Below, piece by piece: positions 57,534-64,000 of a stretch of DNA of 64,000 nucleotides. The DNA comes from a virus (lineage: Duplodnaviria > Caudoviricetes). Location of the stretch: positions 1 to 64,000 of the IMG/VR virus record IMGVR_UViG_3300002220_000519. One strand, 5' to 3'. Positions within the stretch are counted from its first letter, which is position 1, and every line of letters begins with the position of its first letter. A program made the position numbers and the translations under genes. The notes under the pieces were generated by a model. That model worked only from the letters and a program-made list of their open reading frames with translations, searched no databases and had not been told where the DNA came from.

Positions 57534-58589
57534 ATGGACTCAAGTTTAATACAAGGCCCAGGAGTTGGTGAAGCAGCAGGACAGATGATGGCTGCTCCTA
57601 TGGAGCGTAAAGCTGGTATCGGGCGTCAAATTTTAGGGCAAGTGTATGGGCACCCAATTAGGAACCTGCTTTATGAATACGCCCTAACACCATGGAATGT
57701 ATCTAACTTTACACAGGGTTTTAACTATAAAGGTCTATTTGGTTACCGCGGCTTTGCTCGCAACACTGGCTCAGTCTTTTCTGCACCTACTGTTGCACTA
57801 AGACGCTTAATTGGTGGTGTGGGGGAACTAGCGAGCTTTGGTGGTGGTGCAGGCCAGCGCTTCTTTAGGGCATTTGGTAAAGGCGGGCTTGAAGGGGTTG
57901 CCAATCTCTATAAAGGCTCTCATAAGACTGCGTCAGGTATTTTTGACGCTCTTTCTGGAATGATAGGTGGCACTGGCAATACAAATATTGGGTTAGTTGG
58001 ACACACCCTACTAGGTAGGCCTAATGCCGCACTTATGAAGGCATTTAGTACTATTGGTGGTAACACGGTAGCACCAGGGCTAGCCGCGGCAGACGCAACT
58101 GCAGCAATGCGCTCTATATCTACACGATATGGTGGCGAGGCTGGATTTCTTAAGGCCGTATTTACACCTGGTAGACATAGTCGTGGTGTTGCGCGGGCGA
58201 TGATAAGAGAGGCAAGTGCTGCTGGTGGTACTTTAGCAACTGCCGACGCACTTAGTTCTGCAAAGCTCTGGTCTCGTAGCCTTGTTACAACTAGAGTTCT
58301 TGGTGGAATAATGACTGCTGCTCTAATCTACGACATAGGAAAGTTTGCGGCCACCAACACCTATAAAATTGCCAGGTATGGTATGGAAAAAGCAGATATA
58401 ATGCTTAATTCAATGGGTAGGCAGAACTGGGGAGGAAACTTAAGTCAATCATTCTTAACTTCCGGCGCTACGTCAGAACGACAGCGGGCTCTTGATGAGA
58501 TTAGCCGATCGTCTATGAATGCACGAAGTTTAGTTGGTAACGAAGCCCAACTAGCAGCACGAACCTTTTCTGGTGGACGCGTGTGGTAA
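57534..58589 (+). CDS. Gly/Ala-rich protein, possible ejection protein
   Basis: TSGATSERQRAL..I..S.MNARSLVGNEA C-terminal motif. Confidence 0.5.
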   Translation: MDSSLIQGPGVGEAAGQMMAAPMERKAGIGRQILGQVYGHPIRNLLYEYALTPWNVSNFTQGFNYKGLFGYRGFARNTGSVFSAPTVALRRLIGGVGELASFGGGAGQRFFRAFGKGGLEGVANLYKGSHKTASGIFDALSGMIGGTGNTNIGLVGHTLLGRPNAALMKAFSTIGGNTVAPGLAAADATAAMRSISTRYGGEAGFLKAVFTPGRHSRGVARAMIREASAAGGTLATADALSSAKLWSRSLVTTRVLGGIMTAALIYDIGKFAATNTYKIARYGMEKADIMLNSMGRQNWGGNLSQSFLTSGATSERQRALDEISRSSMNARSLVGNEAQLAARTFSGGRVW

Positions 58590-61500
58590 ACGAATCAGAC
58601 ATACAATTATTTTTACAGGATAACTATAGTACGCTAGTTGAGGCTTCTGCGGATAAAGAGTGGGCGCAGAAAGTAGAGTCAACAGCCGTTACATTTGATG
58701 AGTGGCTTGGTACCCTAAAACAAGAAGAACTAGCTGGTCAGGTTAATATATGGAATACACCATCCGACTGGGCAGAAACATATCTTTGTCACCCAGACGA
58801 TACATCAAAGCCACTAAAACTTAAGGACTTCCAGAAGACAGTAGTAAATGACTGGTACCCAAACGTTGCTGTTAGGATTGGAAGACAGCAGGGTAAGTGT
58901 AACTGCGGCAACGACTTAGTGCATTTAGCTGATGGAACACTTGAACGCGTTGAGGACCTCTTCAATAAAGGTGAGCAGTTTGACATTGTTGGGATGGACG
59001 CCCGATTCAATCAAGTTGTCCGCAAGGCAGTTGTTCATGACAACGGCGTCAAACCTTGTGTAAAAGTAAAACTGCGTGGTGGACTACATACCGAAGTCAC
59101 CACAAATCACCGCCTTCTAACTATTAGCAAAACTACCGGGCTGCCAACTTCCGTATTTGCTGAAGACCTACAACCTGGTGACTATGTTGCTGTGCCAGAC
59201 CAACAACTTACTAATTCCTCGGAGTGTTTCTACACCGATGCCGAAGTAAAGCTTATTAGTTACTACACAGCTGAAGGCTCCCTAACTGGGCACAACCTCG
59301 GTTTTACTAATTTCGACCCTATAATCATATCAGACTTTTTATCGGCATGCTCTAATTATGGTGAGTATAAAGACAGAGTTGATGCAAGCAATAGAGCCCA
59401 CTATATAAGCTACCCAACGCTGCCAAATAATCCTATTATGGATTTGATGTGTAAGGCCGGCCTTGCTGGAAAACACTCTCGTGATAAACAGTGCCCTACA
59501 GCATTAATGCAGAGCTCGCCAGCACAAAAAGCTCTTTACCTCTCCTGCTTAATAGACTGTGATGGCTGGATTGGCAATGATAAAGCCGGTCAAGGTATAG
59601 GAATTACCTTAGTCTCCAAAAGACTCATTTATGATATTCGCACATTGTTCTTACAACTAGGTATTCACGGCAACATAACGTTCTCCAAAAAGAAATGTTA
59701 TAATACTGGGGCCGTTTCGGACGCATGGACTTATTTTATAGCTGAAAAACAGGAAATACTTAAAGCCGCTGCTGTATTACACCTGCAACTAAAGGCGGAT
59801 AAGTTGGCAACTGTTGTTGAAAAATTAGACAGCATTAAAACCAACAATAACCAAAACGTCCTTCCCCCACAATTACAGGAATATTGCAAACGGTATAAAT
59901 ATAGTCAACCAAAAGGTAGGCAGCTTTCTGATTTACCATTCCGCGTCTTTAAGAACAACAACGCGCCACAGAAGAACAAGATAAAAGCCCTTGGTGCGAT
60001 ATATGAAGACCAGTACCTTCAGGACATAGCCTCTGCCCCCATTCGCTGGAAAACTGTTGAGTCGGTAGAATTTATTGGAGAGCAGCAGACTTATGCCATA
60101 GAGATACTTGGTGACCTGCCAGATGAGTTGCGCTACCTCATTGTTGACGGAATTTGGCAGCATAACTCGGTAGTATTGTGCATTAGAGCAGTCTGGTACT
60201 GTATGCGCTATGCACACAAGACGTTCCTGATAGCTACGCCTACACGCGCTCAGGTATGGAGACTATTCGAAGTTCTAACTAACACCGCCTCAAACTTAGT
60301 TGACCAGGGTCAGGTACATATTACTCGTGGTAACCCAATGATCGTTAGGTTTGCAAATGGTTCAAAGATTGTTGGGTTTACTGTAGGCACCAAGTCAGGG
60401 CGCAAAGCTTTCGGTGTACGTGGTCAGGCTGCTGACATCTTAGCTATGGACGAAGTTGACCACATGGGTGAGGGTGACGTCGGGACACTGCTTGGTATCA
60501 AGTTTGGTAAGAAGCAGAACATGCATATCTGGATGTCGTCAACTCCAACTGGGGAGAGGAAGCAGTTTTATACTGTGTGCACAAAGCCGGTAGAAAATGG
60601 CTTTCATGCTTACCATTTTATTCCACAGACGATGTCAGATTTCGATCCACAGACTGACAACCTACTGCGCTCCCTAATGACCGCGGAGGAGTATGAACAC
60701 GAAGTTTTGGCCGAGTTTGGGGCGATCGCATCTGGTGTGTTTAACCCAGACCTAATTGAGGCGGCACTTACTTCTGCAGAGCCCCCATTTATAGATGGAA
60801 CAACAGTTACCGAAGCAACAGCCAAATATTTACCAGTCCGCGCTGATTGTTCATATACAATAGCCGCAGACTGGAATACTACAACTGTTGGGCAGTGTAT
60901 TACTGTTATTGAGTGGGACCCTACAAAGCGTAAGGCTAAAGTCTGGTTGCAAGAAGAAACACCCAACAAAGAATTCTCACATACGGCCGCAGTCGAGAGA
61001 ATTGTGTTTCTACTAAAGTTAACTGGTGCCGCCCATATATGTGTCGATTACGGTTTTGGTGATGCTGATATAGAATTACTGCGCCTAAAAGATAAAGCCG
61101 ACCCCTCTCTAAATATAAAAGATAAACTTATTATTATTAACTTTGGTATAGACTTAGAAGTAGAAGACCCACTAAATGGCGACCTAATCAAGAAGGATAC
61201 TAAGCCATTTGTTATAAACACTGTAGTGAAGTTATTAGAAGATAAGTTACTAGAACTACCAATGATCTGGGATAGACAAAACAGGCTAGTAGAAGACATG
61301 CGCAACTTTATGGTTATGCGTCGCTCTGAGGCTGGCGCCCCTGTCTATACAAGACTAAACGATCATAGAATTATCTCATTTAGCCTTGGCGTGTTTGCTG
61401 TAGCCCTAAAAGGTAATTTACTACTACCTGGAAAAAGCGGTGCTCTTGCCAAGGTCATCTTACGACAGAATGAACTATGGAGCTTAATGCTTGATAAGCA

Positions 61501-61735
61501 CCCATCCCAGCAGCGTGTAAAAGCGATTGAACGTACTACCTACTTTAAGCACTCCTCTGTTGTTAATAAGCATTTTGACGAAGAGAAGTATGATGAGAAT
61601 GCACTTTGGAAGCTAAAGCGTGGTCAGCAAATAAGACCTGTTGGTTTACGTCAAACAGGACAGCGCGCAGCAGGTGTTAAGAGTGCACTAATTCCTGGTA
61701 GGACGACTGGGCCAAAGAGTAGACGGGGCTTCTAA
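58583..61735 (+). CDS. terL: Terminase large subunit containing an intein
   Basis: LKDFQ, GRQQGK|S Walker A, LAMDEVD Walker B, SSTPTG, AADW and CVDYG nuclease motifs. Confidence 0.9.
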   Translation: MVNESDIQLFLQDNYSTLVEASADKEWAQKVESTAVTFDEWLGTLKQEELAGQVNIWNTPSDWAETYLCHPDDTSKPLKLKDFQKTVVNDWYPNVAVRIGRQQGKCNCGNDLVHLADGTLERVEDLFNKGEQFDIVGMDARFNQVVRKAVVHDNGVKPCVKVKLRGGLHTEVTTNHRLLTISKTTGLPTSVFAEDLQPGDYVAVPDQQLTNSSECFYTDAEVKLISYYTAEGSLTGHNLGFTNFDPIIISDFLSACSNYGEYKDRVDASNRAHYISYPTLPNNPIMDLMCKAGLAGKHSRDKQCPTALMQSSPAQKALYLSCLIDCDGWIGNDKAGQGIGITLVSKRLIYDIRTLFLQLGIHGNITFSKKKCYNTGAVSDAWTYFIAEKQEILKAAAVLHLQLKADKLATVVEKLDSIKTNNNQNVLPPQLQEYCKRYKYSQPKGRQLSDLPFRVFKNNNAPQKNKIKALGAIYEDQYLQDIASAPIRWKTVESVEFIGEQQTYAIEILGDLPDELRYLIVDGIWQHNSVVLCIRAVWYCMRYAHKTFLIATPTRAQVWRLFEVLTNTASNLVDQGQVHITRGNPMIVRFANGSKIVGFTVGTKSGRKAFGVRGQAADILAMDEVDHMGEGDVGTLLGIKFGKKQNMHIWMSSTPTGERKQFYTVCTKPVENGFHAYHFIPQTMSDFDPQTDNLLRSLMTAEEYEHEVLAEFGAIASGVFNPDLIEAALTSAEPPFIDGTTVTEATAKYLPVRADCSYTIAADWNTTTVGQCITVIEWDPTKRKAKVWLQEETPNKEFSHTAAVERIVFLLKLTGAAHICVDYGFGDADIELLRLKDKADPSLNIKDKLIIINFGIDLEVEDPLNGDLIKKDTKPFVINTVVKLLEDKLLELPMIWDRQNRLVEDMRNFMVMRRSEAGAPVYTRLNDHRIISFSLGVFAVALKGNLLLPGKSGALAKVILRQNELWSLMLDKHPSQQRVKAIERTTYFKHSSVVNKHFDEEKYDENALWKLKRGQQIRPVGLRQTGQRAAGVKSALIPGRTTGPKSRRGF
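58898..60166 (+). mobile_element. Intein with LAGLIDADG homing endonuclease (423 aa) in the terL Walker A
   Basis: Starts at Cys (GK|CNCG), ends at HN|S; blocks YYTAEGSL and CLIDCDGWI. Confidence 0.9.
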
Positions 61736-64000
61736 TGAAAAATACTACACAACAGACATGGACACCTAGAAAAGTAGAGCTACCATCGCAGTTTGAAGGT
61801 CAGGAAGTAAAAGAAGAGCTGTCGCAAACTGAGTATGAACTTGCTATGGACATGTTAGAGCTGCGTGCGTTATTTGATGAGATAGATGACCTATTTTCTG
61901 GCGTCTATGGAACACTTGACGAGCAACTAGCTAAGATGGCTATAATTCCAGACCCCTCAGACTCCAGACTAGCCCACGCCCTAGTTGCGTTTGACTCTCC
62001 TGGAGTTATTACAAAAGATGTAGTTGACAAGGCTATGTTGGTTTTGTCGGTTCCAAATGGTGTTATTATGAATGAGGTCTCCACGGATACAGATGGTACA
62101 CCCTCATTTATAACGTCTACCTCGCAAACCTACAAAAGCTGTGCCACATATGCCCAAGGAATAAAAGATTATTTAGCAGGAATGGCGGCTCCTAATACAT
62201 GGGCCGCGGAAGCGCTGAGTAGCAACAATAGTAAGTTGCAGGAGTTGTCCAGGAAGAAAGCGCTTAAAATGATCTTCCTGGCGGTGCTAGAGCAGATCGT
62301 TGAACTAATTGCAAAAATGTTACGGCCTCTGCGCTGGACACCCGCCAGACCTGCCGTAAATAAGATTATAAGTTGGTTAAGAAAACAAGTTCGTGATGCA
62401 CAGCGTAAGCTATTTAAAATAGATCCTATAGGAGCAACTAGACTAGCTGTTAATCCAACTACGCGCTATGAAATTTGGCTTAAGATAAAGACAATAGACT
62501 GGAACAACACCAGTCCTGTGTTTGGTGTTGATTGGGAACTTGCTATGAACACTAGTTCTGGTCTGCCATACCAGCCTGGCACAATACCCCCGACGTATGT
62601 AACCAGTCTCCTACTTGAAGAGGGTATGGACGCTGACGGTAATAAGAAAAAGAACGTTACGTCGTCATACCGTGGGTGGACTCGTATGGAAGGTACGGTT
62701 GTTGTTTCGGAGTCGGTGTTTCCTATAAACCCACTCTTCCCATTCATTAAAGCTCAATATAAAGAGCCGCTCAGTATTGTTGTCCAGCAGTTCGTAGTCG
62801 ATACTACTATTCAATATATGGACCAGGATACATGGGTAATTAAACCACTTGGTACGCCGGCAACAGCAGACGACCTCGACCCAGACTTAAATACGACTGC
62901 AAATGAATGTACTGCAAATGCTATGTCCATCCTGGGGGCAGCAGACCTCTACCACACAGGCGATAGTACACTTAATGGCTACCCAAACCAATCCTATATG
63001 ATGTATAGGTCCTTAGGGTCTATTAAAGAAGGTTACGATGGTACAAAAGCAGTAACTAAATCTTTATTTATCGCAACATCAGAACTAATGACAGTGGTTG
63101 GTGGAACTGATACCGCTAAGTGGCTCGAAAAGGCCGGTAAAGCTACTGAGCATGGGTTTGGTTGGGTAGATAAAAGTCTGGAGTCTGTCTATAACGAATA
63201 TCTGGACTTCGTTAAGCAACTTAATGATGAACCAGTTAGCCCGCGCCAACAGTTAAACAATAGATATATAAAACTAGGTAAAAGTCTTCCAAAACTAAAG
63301 AAGCAAACAGCTTTATACAAAGCCTTCCTTGGTGATCTTAAGAACTTCCTACTTATTCTGGCGGCCGACCTTAAGAACTGGATTAATGACCGTACTATAC
63401 TATGTTGTTTTATTCAGAATTCAGCTGCAATTGGTTTAAGTTGGAGACCTTGGATCAAATTAATGTTGCTTATCATTGCCGTTCTCAAGAATCGTGGTAA
63501 AGCTCTGATAAAGGAATTTCTTGGGGGCTTACTAGATCTTGGTTTGTTACTTTATAATACAGCAGTTACCGTAGTAGTTGGTATTCTAGAGATGCTAGCA
63601 AAGTCAGGTATAGAGTGGGTACAGAATTGGTTAGAGGACCGCCTAGCACTTGAAAAAGAATCTAGCGTTATGAAGTGTACACCGTTTAAAGCCTTTGTAT
63701 TTAGCCTTGCTGGTGGATTAGAGCTGTTCGCAGATGACCTGCTTGACTATATTAGAGATATGCTTTTGCTACAGAAAAGAAAGATTGATAAGACAAAGGA
63801 AATAAACGAAACTTGTAAATTTAATGACTGGTTAGATCACGTTGCACGGATGTTAAAAGCACTAGACCACGCCCTATCACACCAAATTATCTGTAAGGAT
63901 GGTATTGCTACTGATGCTAAGTTTTCTGGCTATCCTGGCGGGCCAATAATAGTCGGTGGTGACACAAATGGACCAATTGGTGGCGGAGTTATATTTGATG
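61735..64000 (+). CDS. Large hypothetical, probably virion, protein; runs off the window
   Basis: Open frame from the ATG at 61735 (MKNTTQQTW...) to the window end; coupled to the terL stop. Confidence 0.7.
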   Translation, partial: MKNTTQQTWTPRKVELPSQFEGQEVKEELSQTEYELAMDMLELRALFDEIDDLFSGVYGTLDEQLAKMAIIPDPSDSRLAHALVAFDSPGVITKDVVDKAMLVLSVPNGVIMNEVSTDTDGTPSFITSTSQTYKSCATYAQGIKDYLAGMAAPNTWAAEALSSNNSKLQELSRKKALKMIFLAVLEQIVELIAKMLRPLRWTPARPAVNKIISWLRKQVRDAQRKLFKIDPIGATRLAVNPTTRYEIWLKIKTIDWNNTSPVFGVDWELAMNTSSGLPYQPGTIPPTYVTSLLLEEGMDADGNKKKNVTSSYRGWTRMEGTVVVSESVFPINPLFPFIKAQYKEPLSIVVQQFVVDTTIQYMDQDTWVIKPLGTPATADDLDPDLNTTANECTANAMSILGAADLYHTGDSTLNGYPNQSYMMYRSLGSIKEGYDGTKAVTKSLFIATSELMTVVGGTDTAKWLEKAGKATEHGFGWVDKSLESVYNEYLDFVKQLNDEPVSPRQQLNNRYIKLGKSLPKLKKQTALYKAFLGDLKNFLLILAADLKNWINDRTILCCFIQNSAAIGLSWRPWIKLMLLIIAVLKNRGKALIKEFLGGLLDLGLLLYNTAVTVVVGILEMLAKSGIEWVQNWLEDRLALEKESSVMKCTPFKAFVFSLAGGLELFADDLLDYIRDMLLLQKRKIDKTKEINETCKFNDWLDHVARMLKALDHALSHQIICKDGIATDAKFSGYPGGPIIVGGDTNGPIGGGVIFD

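Overview
This 64 kb window is a segment of a large, jumbo-like tailed dsDNA phage genome in genetic code 11. OmpA, type IV pilin and RlpA genes plus NrdG suggest an anaerobic diderm host (inference). (1) Positions 1-23 kb, almost all on the minus strand, form an accessory region. It holds NAD salvage genes (NAMPT, Nudix, macro domain), RlpA, an ABC permease / SBP-OmpA / PspA-like cluster, a pilin-like gene, a sigma-70 factor, a LigD-phosphoesterase/ATP-ligase fusion and tRNAs. It also holds two antisense HNH genes, each enclosed by the two halves of an anticodon-less tRNA. (2) Positions 23.3-34 kb are a GC-richer minus-strand block built from a duplicated cassette: a YonO/QDE-1-like single-subunit two-barrel RNA polymerase, a small partner protein and amphipathic paralogs. 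The block also carries a SpoVG-like gene and two candidate structured RNAs, and ends in a hairpin-rich gene-free strand-switch region. (3) Positions 34.8-64 kb, on the plus strand, hold small genes, NrdG, tRNAs, a long fibre/virion module, HNH genes, an intein-containing terminase large subunit and the start of a large unknown ORF. Several 1-bp homopolymer indels suggest long-read assembly errors, so pseudogene calls are tentative. All family calls come from motif recognition by eye; no database search was run.
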